A stretch of 64,000 bases of DNA from an uncultured Rhodanobacter sp. (lineage in GTDB: Bacteria > Pseudomonadota > Gammaproteobacteria > Xanthomonadales > Rhodanobacteraceae). The notes under the pieces are model-generated. The model did no database searches. It saw only the letters and a list, made by a program, of their open reading frames with translations, and was not told where the DNA came from. The DNA lies in assembly GCA_964489055.1 (NCBI GenBank), contig CAZAXF010000003.1:11087-75086 (forward strand), given 5' to 3'. This document shows positions 53,986 through 62,284 of this stretch, one piece after another; the first letter of the stretch is position 1, and every line of letters begins with the position of its first letter. The translations under genes were made by a program, and so were the position numbers.

Positions 53986-56228
53986 GTCGCGACCTCGGTG
54001 GTTTCCTTGCTGCGGCCGAACTTGCGCAGGCCCGCCAGCAGCGCATTCCAGGCGCGGTCGAACATGCCGCTGTCCTGGGGCGGCAGCAGGTGGATCTGGC
54101 CGCGCGCCATCATGCGCGCAATCTGCTCGAGGCTGCGTTCCGGCGCTGCGGCGCCGCGCGCGTTCACCAGCAGGCAACGGCCGCTGCTCGGCGCATACCA
54201 GGCCAGCTTGCGGGCCACTTTCTGGCCCTGCTGGTTGACCGTGAATTCCAGCCAGCTTCCGAACGGCAGGGTCTTGAGCGTTTCCAGCGCCTTGCGCTCG
54301 GTCGGCGTAAGCGACAGCTTGCGCGGGCCGGGGGCGGCTTCGGGCTTGGCCTCCTCCGGTTTCTGGCGCGCCTTGAGGCGGATCAACAGTTCCGTCTGGC
54401 TGACTTCCGGGCCGGTGTCCTTTTCACTGGCCGGCAGGTCCAGCACGTGCCCGGTGATCTGTGCTGCCTCGCCGGCCTGCAGTCCGACCTGGGTCAGCCC
54501 GCGATTGAGTTCGGCGGCGAGCCGCCGGTTGTCGCGCGCGGTGGCCGGCCCCAGCAGCTCGTCGATAACGGCCAGCCGGCGCCGGTAGGTGTCGCTGTTC
54601 TCGCCTTCGCGCAGAAGCGTGAGGGTGAGTGCGTCGGTCCAGGCGTGTTCCAGCAGCGCGCGCACGAGCGGCGTGGCCTGTTTGTCGGCCAGGCGCCTGG
54701 CGATGGCCGCGCGCGCCTGCGCTCGCGAGGACTGCAGGCGGTCGCGGCCCTGGGCCGCCTCGACCTGCCGGCGTTCGGCGATCTCGGCGCGTCGCGTCAG
54801 CAACTTGAGGTGCGCGTCCAGATCGTCGGCTTCGCGTTCGACCACGGACAGGTCGCCTTGGTAATCCCTGGCGACGCGCTGCACGCAGCGCTGCAGGCGC
54901 TGGTTGAGCGCGGTGTCGAAACTGCCGTCGCTGCGATCGAGCCACAGGTTCGCGGTTTCCAGCACGCTGTTCAAAAGCCGCCGCGCGGGATGGTTGCGGA
55001 CGGTGAAGAAATTGCTGTCGGCCAGCGCGATCCGGAGCAGCGGCACCTGCAGCACCGTCATCAATTGCTGCGCGGTGCCTTCGGCACGCGTTTCCTGCAG
55101 CAGTCCGTCGTAGAGCAATGACATCAGGTCGATGGCATCGCGGTGGTCGGGCTGCAATTGCGGCGCTTCGCCCCCCGGGGATGCCTGGCGCAGTTGCGCC
55201 AGCAGATCCTTGCGCAGGCGTTCGCCGGCGTGTGGTGCCGCCTGTTTCACCGGCTGCGCCTGCAGCGCCAGCAACGCCGATTCAAGGTCCGCCAGCGAGG
55301 CTTCGCCGCCTGGGCCAGGATGCGGCGATGCCGCAGCGCCCGGGTCCAGCGCGCGGCGGCGTGCGTCCAGCAGGCCGTGCAGTTCGGCCATGGCGGGCGG
55401 CTGCGGCAGGGGCGCGGCGCCGCGGGGGGGCGAAAATTCCGTGACCGGCGCCATCGGCGTCGAAGCGGATTCGGTTTCGGGCTCGGGCGTGTCCGGCGTG
55501 GTCTCGTCCCTGTCCGGGTCCGGCGCGCTGCCGGCGCGCCGCGGCAGGTAATTGCGCAGGTACGGCAGGATGCCGGCATCCTTCAGTTCGTCGTTCAGGT
55601 GCCCGTAGAACGCCTCCGCGGCCGCGAACAGGCGCCGGTCGCACAGGCGGTAGAACAGCTTGCGATGATCGCCCTGCATGCCCAACGTACGGGCAGCTTC
55701 GCCCAGCACGTCGGCGAACATGTGCGGGCCACAGGGCAGGGCGTCGCCTTCCAGCGGCGGTGCGGCCACCAGCACCGCGTAGCGATGACACAACTCGAAC
55801 AAGGCGCTGCTGGCGTGCAGCTCGGTGCGTGAGGCCAGGTCGCCCAGCGCCATGCTTTCGTCGAATTCGTCGGGATCGACCAGCTTCAGGTCACTGTCGC
55901 CGGTTGCTGTCGAAATGACTGCATCGGCGGGTTCGGGCATGCCCAGCGCGCTGAAGCGCTGTTCCAGCAGGGCCATCAGGTAGCCGTGGAACCCGGTACG
56001 TGCACGCTTGATCTCGCGCAAGGCTTCCAGGGCCTCGTGCTGGGTCTGACCGCCGCTGGACTTCTCGGCAATCCGGAACAGTTCCTGCTCCAGGTCGTCC
56101 AGTGCGCCGCGCAGCAGCGGCTCGAGCAGTTCGCTGCATCCGGCCAGTTGCTGCTCCAGCAATTGCCGCGCGCGAGGGGCCAGATCGCCGCGGCTGGCAA
56201 GTGTCGACATGTGCGGGTGTCTTTCCAT
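53982..56228 (-). CDS. DUF1631-family protein
   Basis: ~748 aa, helical and acidic. The N-terminus LLEQQLAGCSELLEPLLRGALDDLEQELFRIAEKS is typical of DUF1631. The start is at 56228 or 56210. Confidence 0.75.
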   Translation of the reverse strand: MERHPHMSTLASRGDLAPRARQLLEQQLAGCSELLEPLLRGALDDLEQELFRIAEKSSGGQTQHEALEALREIKRARTGFHGYLMALLEQRFSALGMPEPADAVISTATGDSDLKLVDPDEFDESMALGDLASRTELHASSALFELCHRYAVLVAAPPLEGDALPCGPHMFADVLGEAARTLGMQGDHRKLFYRLCDRRLFAAAEAFYGHLNDELKDAGILPYLRNYLPRRAGSAPDPDRDETTPDTPEPETESASTPMAPVTEFSPPRGAAPLPQPPAMAELHGLLDARRRALDPGAAASPHPGPGGEASLADLESALLALQAQPVKQAAPHAGERLRKDLLAQLRQASPGGEAPQLQPDHRDAIDLMSLLYDGLLQETRAEGTAQQLMTVLQVPLLRIALADSNFFTVRNHPARRLLNSVLETANLWLDRSDGSFDTALNQRLQRCVQRVARDYQGDLSVVEREADDLDAHLKLLTRRAEIAERRQVEAAQGRDRLQSSRAQARAAIARRLADKQATPLVRALLEHAWTDALTLTLLREGENSDTYRRRLAVIDELLGPATARDNRRLAAELNRGLTQVGLQAGEAAQITGHVLDLPASEKDTGPEVSQTELLIRLKARQKPEEAKPEAAPGPRKLSLTPTERKALETLKTLPFGSWLEFTVNQQGQKVARKLAWYAPSSGRCLLVNARGAAAPERSLEQIARMMARGQIHLLPPQDSGMFDRAWNALLAGLRKFGRSKETTEVAT

Positions 56229-56329
56229 CGAATCCCCCATGGGTCGGGAATGCAAGCATCCTGCCAATCGGCGCCCAGTGCCGGGATTCTATGGAAGCCT
56301 GCGGCAAAGCGCCATGGCGGGTCCGACGG

Positions 56330-56512
56330 TCACTCGTCGCCGGTCCGGACGTCGACCGCGACCCGGTCGCCGTCGATGGTGACTTGTACCTGCATCGGGT
56401 TGCAACAGACCGGGCAATCTTCCACGTAGCCCGCCGAGCCGGCGGACGCGTCCACCAGCAACTCGATCGGCTCGCCGCAGTACGGGCAGTGGACGGAGAC
56501 GGGCTCAGGCAT
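56330..56512 (-). CDS. CPXCG-motif zinc-ribbon protein
   Basis: 60 aa with HCPYCG...CPVCCNPM. It overlaps the hemW stop by 8 nt. Confidence 0.8.
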   Translation of the reverse strand: MPEPVSVHCPYCGEPIELLVDASAGSAGYVEDCPVCCNPMQVQVTIDGDRVAVDVRTGDE

Positions 56513-57788
56513 GCCGGCGCGCCGCCTTGGCCGATGGCAGGAACGCCTCGATCACGTCGTTGAGGAAGCGTTGGCCGAGCGCCGTGGTCTGGAGGTATTC
56601 GGGATCGTCGACCAGCCAGCCCCTCGTGCGTGCCGCGCGCAGCGGTGTGGCGATCGCCGCGCGCGCGAGGCCGGTGCGCGCGGTGAATTGCGCGAGCGGC
56701 ACACCATCGTGCAATCGCAATGCATTCAACATGAACTCGAACGGCAACTGCCCGGCGGTGATGGTTTCGTTGCCCTTGATGCGCCGTGTCGAGGCCGCGC
56801 CCTGCAGATACGCACGCGGCGAGCGCACTTTCGCGCGCCGCCGGATCACCAATGCACCCGCGACCTGCGTCGTCCCCGGTCCCCGGTCCCCGGTCCCCGG
56901 TCCCGACACCTTTCCATGTGCCCCCGCCCCGATCCCGAGGTAATCCCCGAATTCCCAGTAGTTGAGGTTGTGCCGGCAACGCCGGCCCGCCTGCGCGTAG
57001 GCCGACACTTCGTACTGCGCATAGCCGGCTTCGGCCAGCCGCGTCTGACAGGCCTCCTGCATGTCCCAGGCGGCATCGTCGTCGGGCAGCGGCGGCGGAC
57101 GCTTCGCGAACGGCGTGCCCGGCTCCAGCGTCAACTGGTAGTGCGAGACGTGCGCGGGCGCCAGCGCGATGGCGCGTTCCACGTCCGCCATTGCGCCATC
57201 CAGCGTCTGGTTGGGCAGCGCGTACATCAGATCCAGGTTGATGTTGTCGCAGCCGGCATCCTGTGCCTGCTTCACCGCCGCCTCGGCTTCGCCCGCCGAG
57301 TGGATGCGTCCCAGCGCGCGCAGTTTTGCGTCATCGAAACTCTGCACGCCGAAGGAAATGCGGTTGACGCCCGCGTCGCGATAGCCGTCGAAGCGACCGT
57401 GCTCGACCGTGCCGGGATTGGTTTCCAGGGTGATTTCGCAGTCACGCGCGAACGGCAATCGTGCTGCCGCGCCATCGAGGATCGCGGCGATGGAATCGGG
57501 GGCGAACAGGCTGGGCGTGCCACCGCCAAAGAACACGCTGACGATTTCGCGCCCCGCCAGCGCGTCGCCGAAATCGGCAATGTCCCCGTCGAGGTCGGCC
57601 AGCAGCGCCGCCACGTATTCGCACTCGGGCATCGCCGCGCGCAGCCCGTGCGAATTGAAGTCGCAGTACGGACACTTCTTCACGCACCAGGGGATGTGGA
57701 TGTAGAGCGAAAGCGGGACCGGGGACTGGGGACCGGGGACCGGGCTTCGGCGGATTTCGGGCTGCGTCGTGGCTGGAATGGGGGGCAT
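56505..57788 (-). CDS. hemW: Radical SAM haem chaperone HemW (HemN-like, oxygen-independent coproporphyrinogen oxidase family)
   Basis: Start at MPPIPATT (ATG 57788). LYIHIPWCVKKCPYCDFNSH (CxxxCxxC). 427 aa, about 50 longer than E. coli HemW because of two heptamer-repeat-encoded inserts. Confidence 0.92.
   Translation of the reverse strand: MPPIPATTQPEIRRSPVPGPQSPVPLSLYIHIPWCVKKCPYCDFNSHGLRAAMPECEYVAALLADLDGDIADFGDALAGREIVSVFFGGGTPSLFAPDSIAAILDGAAARLPFARDCEITLETNPGTVEHGRFDGYRDAGVNRISFGVQSFDDAKLRALGRIHSAGEAEAAVKQAQDAGCDNINLDLMYALPNQTLDGAMADVERAIALAPAHVSHYQLTLEPGTPFAKRPPPLPDDDAAWDMQEACQTRLAEAGYAQYEVSAYAQAGRRCRHNLNYWEFGDYLGIGAGAHGKVSGPGTGDRGPGTTQVAGALVIRRRAKVRSPRAYLQGAASTRRIKGNETITAGQLPFEFMLNALRLHDGVPLAQFTARTGLARAAIATPLRAARTRGWLVDDPEYLQTTALGQRFLNDVIEAFLPSAKAARRHA
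56872..56905. repeat. Heptanucleotide microsatellite (GTCCCCG)x4.9, cluster a, inside hemW
   Basis: gtccccg gtccccg gtccccg gtccccg gtcccg. It is translated on the minus strand as [11 protein letters not shown] in a loop after GAHGKV. Confidence 0.95.
57715..57744. repeat. Same heptamer in inverted orientation (GGGGACC-type on + strand), cluster b, hemW codons ~15-25
   Basis: gggacc ggggact ggggacc ggggacc ggg. It is translated as SPVPGPQSPVP. Confidence 0.95.
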
Positions 57789-57820
57789 GGGCGTTGCGTG
57801 CTCTGGACTCGCGCGGAATG

Positions 57821-58576
57821 TCAGGTACTGCCGGTCCCCGGTCCCAGGCTTCCGCTTCCCGGTCCCCGGTCCCCGGTCCCCAGCGTCTGACGCAGCTCCG
57901 CCAACGCCCTTCCCCGATGACTGATCCGGTTCTTGACCGCCGGATCGAGTTCGGCGGAGCTGAGCCCGCCGCCGTCGTCGGGCAGGAACAGCGGGTCGTA
58001 GCCGAAGCCGCCTTCGCCGCGCGGCGCGGTGAGCACGCGGCCGGGCCAACGGCCGGTGGCGAGGATCGGGTCGGGATCGTCGGCATGCCGCAGCAGCGCC
58101 AGCACGCAGGTGAAGTGCGCACCGCGGCGATCTTCGGGCACGCCTTCCAGTTCGCGCAGCAACCTGGCGTTGTTGCCGGCGTTGTCGCCGTGCACGCCGG
58201 CGTAGAGCGCCGAATACAGGCCCGGCGCGCCGTCCAGCGCATCCACGCAGATCCCCGAGTCGTCGGCCAGCGCCGGCAGGCCCGACGCGCGCGTGGCGTG
58301 GCGCGCCTTCAGGATGGCGTTCTCGACAAAGGTCAGCCCGGTTTCCTCCGCATCGTCGATCCCGAGTTCGCGCTGCGAAACCAGCTCGATGCCGCTGCCC
58401 GCCAACAGCCCGCGCAGTTCGGCGAGTTTGCCGGCGTTGCCACTGGCCAGGACGATGCGTTCCCCCGGTCCCCGGAAACTCGCCGCTCCTGCGGCTCGCC
58501 CTCCGGGCCATCGGCTGCGCCGATGTTCGCTCCGGCATCCTGCCTCCGCAGTCCCGGTCCCCGGTCCCGGTTTCAT
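57821..58576 (-). CDS. rdgB: Non-canonical purine NTP pyrophosphatase (RdgB/HAM1)
   Basis: [21 protein letters not shown] and ISHRGRA are present. The only in-frame canonical start is the ATG at 58576 (ATGA overlap with the rph stop). This gives a ~40-aa N-terminal extension relative to typical ~200-aa RdgB proteins. Confidence 0.88.
   Translation of the reverse strand: MKPGPGTGTAEAGCRSEHRRSRWPGGRAAGAASFRGPGERIVLASGNAGKLAELRGLLAGSGIELVSQRELGIDDAEETGLTFVENAILKARHATRASGLPALADDSGICVDALDGAPGLYSALYAGVHGDNAGNNARLLRELEGVPEDRRGAHFTCVLALLRHADDPDPILATGRWPGRVLTAPRGEGGFGYDPLFLPDDGGGLSSAELDPAVKNRISHRGRALAELRQTLGTGDRGPGSGSLGPGTGST
57831..57881. repeat. Heptamer cluster c (2 + 3 copies) at the 3' end of rdgB
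   Basis: ccggtccccggtccca ... cccggtccccggtccccggtcccc. It encodes the RdgB C-terminal tail [20 protein letters not shown]. Confidence 0.95.
58462..58475. repeat. Heptamer cluster d (2 copies) in the rdgB N-terminal extension
   Basis: cccccggtccccgg, translated as FRGPGE. Confidence 0.8.
58551..58570. repeat. Heptamer cluster e (~3 imperfect copies) at rdgB codons 2-8
   Basis: gtcccggtccccggtcccgg, translated as KPGPGTGT. Confidence 0.85.
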
Positions 58577-59298
58577 GCGTCCAGCGCCTCCCGCTGCGCC
58601 TCGATCAACTTCCCGATCCCCTTCTGCGCCAGCGCCAGCAAGGCGTCCAGCTCGTCGCGTCGGAACGCGTGGCCTTCGGCGGTGCCCTGCAGCTCGATGA
58701 AACCGCCGCCGTCGTTCATCACCACGTTCATGTCGGTGTCGCAGTTCGCATCCTCGGCGTAGTCGAGGTCCAGCACCGGCGTGCCCTGGAAGATGCCGAC
58801 CGAAACCGCGGCGACGGCGCCGTGGATCGGGTTGCGCTTGAGCGTGCCGCGCTTCAGCAGCACGTTGACCGCATCGACCAGCGCCACGTAGGCGCCGGTG
58901 ATCGAGGCGGTGCGGGTGCCGCCGTCGGCCTGCAGCACGTCGCAGTCCAGCGTGACCACGCGCTCGCCCAGCGCCGCACGGTCCACGCAGGCGCGCAGGG
59001 AGCGGCCGATCAGGCGCTGGATTTCCAGCGTGCGCCCGCCCTGCTTGCCGCGTGCGGCTTCGCGCTGGGTGCGCTCGGTGGTGGCGCGCGGCAGCATGCC
59101 GTACTCGGCGGTCACCCAGCCTTCGCCCTTGCCGCGCAGCCATGGTGGCACGCGATCCTCGACGCTGGCCGTGCACAGCACCCGGGTGTCGCCGCAGGCG
59201 ATCAGCACCGAACCTTCGGCGTGCATGGTGTAGCGACGTTCGATGGTGACCGTGCGCAGCGCGTCGGGCGCACGGCCGGAGGGACGGGGAGTGGGCAT
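58573..59298 (-). CDS. rph: Ribonuclease PH
   Basis: 241 aa with [19 protein letters not shown]...[20 protein letters not shown]. Confidence 0.97.
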   Translation of the reverse strand: MPTPRPSGRAPDALRTVTIERRYTMHAEGSVLIACGDTRVLCTASVEDRVPPWLRGKGEGWVTAEYGMLPRATTERTQREAARGKQGGRTLEIQRLIGRSLRACVDRAALGERVVTLDCDVLQADGGTRTASITGAYVALVDAVNVLLKRGTLKRNPIHGAVAAVSVGIFQGTPVLDLDYAEDANCDTDMNVVMNDGGGFIELQGTAEGHAFRRDELDALLALAQKGIGKLIEAQREALDA

Positions 59299-59367
59299 CG
59301 ACGAGGTATCCGTGCGAGACGTGCCAGTTTATCATCGCCCCTTGCAGGGCCCACGGGGAAACGCCGC

Positions 59368-60228
59368 ATGATCCGCAGCATGACCGCCTACGCGAACCTC
59401 GAGGACACGACGCCCCAGGGCTGGCTGGCGTGCGAGGTGCGGGCCGTGAACTCGCGCTTCCTGGAAACCGGCGTGCGGTTGCCTGACGAACTGCGCACCC
59501 AGGAGCCGGCGGTGCGCGAACGCGTCGCGGCCCGCCTGGCGCGCGGCAAGGTGGAGGTCGGTTTTCGCTACCGCCCGCCCGCGGCGGCCGCCGACCTGCT
59601 GCTGGACGAGAACACCGCCGCGCAACTGGCCTCGGCTGCGGAAACACTGAAGGCGCGCTTTCCGCAACTGGCCACCGACTTCGCGGGCCTGCTGGATTGG
59701 CCCGGCCTTCTGGTGAAGCCCGAGGTCGACCAGGCCGGGCTGGCGCAGGCGTCGCTGGCATTGCTGGATCGCACGCTGGACGAATTCATCGCCGGGCGCG
59801 AGCGCGAGGGTGCCAAACTCGCCGCGGCGTTGCGCGCACGGCTGGATGGCATCGAGCGGATCGTCGCCGAGGTGCGCGCGCTGCTGCCGGACGTACGCAA
59901 GGCGCTTCGCGCCAAGCTGGAATCACGACTCGACGAACTGCGGCAGGCGGCCGATCCCGGCCGGCTGGAGCAGGAACTGGTGCTGCAGCTTTCGCGCATC
60001 GACGTGGACGAAGAGCTCGATCGCCTCGATGCGCACGTTGGCGAGGCACGGCGAATCCTGGAACTGGACGAACCGGTCGGGCGGCGGCTGGATTTCCTGA
60101 TGCAGGAATTCAACCGCGAGGCCAACACGCTGGCGTCGAAATCGGCCGACCCGCGCGCCACCCGCGCCGCGGTGGATTTGAAGGTACTGATCGAACAGAT
60201 GCGCGAACAGGTGCAGAACCTGGAGTGA
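59368..60228 (+). CDS. yicC: YicC-family stress-induced protein
   Basis: MIRSMTAYA...[11 protein letters not shown]... The C-terminus reads [16 protein letters not shown]. 286 aa. Confidence 0.93.
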   Translation: MIRSMTAYANLEDTTPQGWLACEVRAVNSRFLETGVRLPDELRTQEPAVRERVAARLARGKVEVGFRYRPPAAAADLLLDENTAAQLASAAETLKARFPQLATDFAGLLDWPGLLVKPEVDQAGLAQASLALLDRTLDEFIAGREREGAKLAAALRARLDGIERIVAEVRALLPDVRKALRAKLESRLDELRQAADPGRLEQELVLQLSRIDVDEELDRLDAHVGEARRILELDEPVGRRLDFLMQEFNREANTLASKSADPRATRAAVDLKVLIEQMREQVQNLE

Positions 60229-60230
60229 CG

Positions 60231-60479
60231 ATGAGCGAACGCCGTTTCAAGCTGACCCTGGGTGCGTGCGTGGTGTACGAGGCCACGGGCGTGATGGTCA
60301 AGGGCGAGGATGGCCAGTGGCGTTACTGGATCGAGTTCGATCGGCGCCTGTTTCCGGGGCAGGGCGAATTTCCGCCCACGCGCGCCGGGCATGCGCGGCT
60401 GAAGGCGTGCGCCGCCGACCAGTTCGAGGCGCTGGTGTACGGGCGCCGCCGCAGCGACACGCCCGAGGACATCCGGTGA
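60231..60479 (+). CDS. Hypothetical 82-aa protein
   Basis: The ATG lies 2 nt after the yicC stop. High third-position GC. I recognise no family. Confidence 0.5.
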   Translation: MSERRFKLTLGACVVYEATGVMVKGEDGQWRYWIEFDRRLFPGQGEFPPTRAGHARLKACAADQFEALVYGRRRSDTPEDIR

Positions 60480-60525
60480 CGCGTGGCCGGTTGTTCATCG
60501 TCGGGGCGCCTGCACCGGGTGTTTC
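60476..60525 (+). pseudogene. gmk: Relic 5' end of a guanylate kinase gene
   Basis: A GTG overlapping the upstream stop (GGTGA) gives VTRGRLFIVGAPAPG, compared with the intact Gmk SGNLFIVAAPSGAGKS. TTCATCGTCGgGGCGCCT matches 61329-61346 at 17 of 18 bases. The P-loop is destroyed. Confidence 0.5.
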
Positions 60526-60628
60526 GCAGGTGAGTGGCATTCGGCAGCGCCGACTGGACGGGCTGCGCGCAGGTAGTGACGATGACATCCACCGTGCGCT
60601 GCATTAGGATACACATACCGAGGTGTAT

Positions 60629-60847
60629 ATGAACACGCGCACGAACATCGTGATCGACGACAAGTTGATCAAGCGGGCAATGAAGATGGCTGGCGCCAGG
60701 ACCAAGCGCGAAGCCGTGGACATCGCGCTGCGGCAACTGGTGCGTGATCGCGAGCAGATGCAGGCGCAGCGGGCGATTCTGGGGCTTGCCGGCAAGGACA
60801 TGATCGCCCCGGACTACGATTACAAGAGGGTCCGCAGTGGCGACTGA
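60629..60847 (+). CDS. vapB: Type II antitoxin VapB-like
   Basis: MNTRTNIVIDDKLIKRAMKMAGARTKREAVDIALRQLV. 72 aa. A GAGGTG RBS and an ATACAC/GTGTAT palindrome lie upstream. Confidence 0.8.
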   Translation: MNTRTNIVIDDKLIKRAMKMAGARTKREAVDIALRQLVRDREQMQAQRAILGLAGKDMIAPDYDYKRVRSGD

Positions 60848-60871
60848 TGCCATGGCCTGCTTCGGGCGGGC

Positions 60872-61303
60872 ATGACGGTTCTCGTCGATACCTCCGTCTG
60901 GATCGATCACCTGTGTGGGCACCGTGGTGCGCATGTGGCCGAATTGCGTGCGTTGCTGGTACGTCCGCGCGCCGTGGCCGTGGCGCCACCCATTTTGCAG
61001 GAAGTCCTGCAGGGAGCGACCACGCGCCAGCGCTTCGCGTCATTGAGCCGGCATTTCGCCGCGCTTCGGTGTTGTGCGCCGCGCGATGCCGTTGCCGCGG
61101 CTGTGGAATCCGCGCGGCTGTATGTCGAATGCCGGCTGCGCGGTACCACGCCGCGTTCCAGCCATGACTGCCTGATCGCGTGCATTGCCATCGAACACGG
61201 GCTTGCGCTGCTGCACAACGATCGCGATTTCGATGCGATCGCCCGCGTCGAGCCGGCACTGCGTATCCACCGTTGCACGACGCAAGGCATGGTGCACGAA
61301 TGA
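60872..61303 (+). CDS. vapC: PIN-domain toxin VapC
   Basis: MTVLVDTSVWIDHL...HDCLIACIAIEHGLALLHNDRDFD, with acidic PIN residues D6 and D-x-D near the C-terminus. 143 aa. Its stop overlaps the gmk start (ATGA). Confidence 0.88.
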   Translation: MTVLVDTSVWIDHLCGHRGAHVAELRALLVRPRAVAVAPPILQEVLQGATTRQRFASLSRHFAALRCCAPRDAVAAAVESARLYVECRLRGTTPRSSHDCLIACIAIEHGLALLHNDRDFDAIARVEPALRIHRCTTQGMVHE

Positions 61304-61941
61304 ACAGCGCGCCTGCTTCCGGAAACCTCTTCATCGTCGCGGCGCCTTCCGGTGCCGGGAAATCCACGCTGGTGAACGCGTTGCTGGCGCGTGAGCCGGA
61401 CATTTCGCTTTCGATATCACACACCACGCGCGCGCCACGGCCGGGTGACATTGACGGCGTGCAGTACCACTTCGTCGATCGCGCGCGGTTCGATGCGATG
61501 GTCGCCCGCGGTGAATTCCTGGAGTACGCCGAGGTGTTCGGCAATGCCTATGGCACGTCGCGCGGTGCGGTCGAGCCGATCCTGCAGTCCGGCCGCGACG
61601 TGCTGCTGGAGATCGACTGGCAGGGTGCCGAACAGGTGCGCCGCGCGATGCCCGAGTGCGTGTCGATCTTCATCCTGCCGCCCTCGCGCGCCGAGCTGGA
61701 ACGCCGCCTGCGTGCGCGCGGCACCGACGATGCGGCGACCATCGAGAAACGCCTGGTGGCCTCGCGCGAGGAAATCGCCCATGCCGGCGAATTCGACTGC
61801 ATCGTGGTGAACGACCGCTTCGAGGATGCGGTGGGTGCCTTGCAGGCGATCGTGCACGCGGCGCGCGAAGGACGCACGCTGCCACGCGATCGGCACGAAG
61901 ATCTGGTCGGTCAATTGCTGGCGGCCGCCGCGTCCGGGTGA
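61300..61941 (+). CDS. gmk: Guanylate kinase
   Basis: MNSAPASGNLFIVAAPSGAGKSTLV, TTRAPRPGD and EIDWQG are present. 213 aa. Confidence 0.96.
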   Translation: MNSAPASGNLFIVAAPSGAGKSTLVNALLAREPDISLSISHTTRAPRPGDIDGVQYHFVDRARFDAMVARGEFLEYAEVFGNAYGTSRGAVEPILQSGRDVLLEIDWQGAEQVRRAMPECVSIFILPPSRAELERRLRARGTDDAATIEKRLVASREEIAHAGEFDCIVVNDRFEDAVGALQAIVHAAREGRTLPRDRHEDLVGQLLAAAASG

Positions 61942-62018
61942 CCGGCGGAGTGACAAGGCGCACCGGTTTTGCCCGTGGCCCATTCAGGTCGCCTGCACGC
62001 AGGGTGAGAGCAGGCGTT

Positions 62019-62043
62019 CACGCGATGCCGGGGGCATCGCGTG
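62019..62043 (+). terminator. Perfect 11-bp stem-loop downstream of gmk
   Basis: CACGCGATGCC-ggg-GGCATCGCGTG. There is no U-tract. Confidence 0.35.
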
Positions 62044-62284
62044 CCCGGCTGAACGCCCGGTCCGGGAAGGCCGGGCCGGCGCTGTGCACCATGCATGGTT
62101 GCTTGCCGGTGTGGCCGGTCGCGAGCAAGTCCGCTCCTGCCAACACACCGGTTGCGAACACCCTGGTCCGCGAGCCCTCGTGCAGGCGACCCCCGCGAAT
62201 CCGCCGCAGCAGGTCCGCGCTTGGCGCAAAACACCTGCTGCGCTACCGTAACGCGTTCGTGCCAGCGCGCTTTTCGATGACGCC

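Noticed and set aside
56872-58570. Heptamer tracts as an assembly or sequencing artefact.
   Set aside because: Five separate tracts in both orientations all keep the surrounding reading frames open and encode coherent Gly/Pro-rich linkers. That is unlikely for random artefacts, although copy numbers should still be confirmed with long reads.
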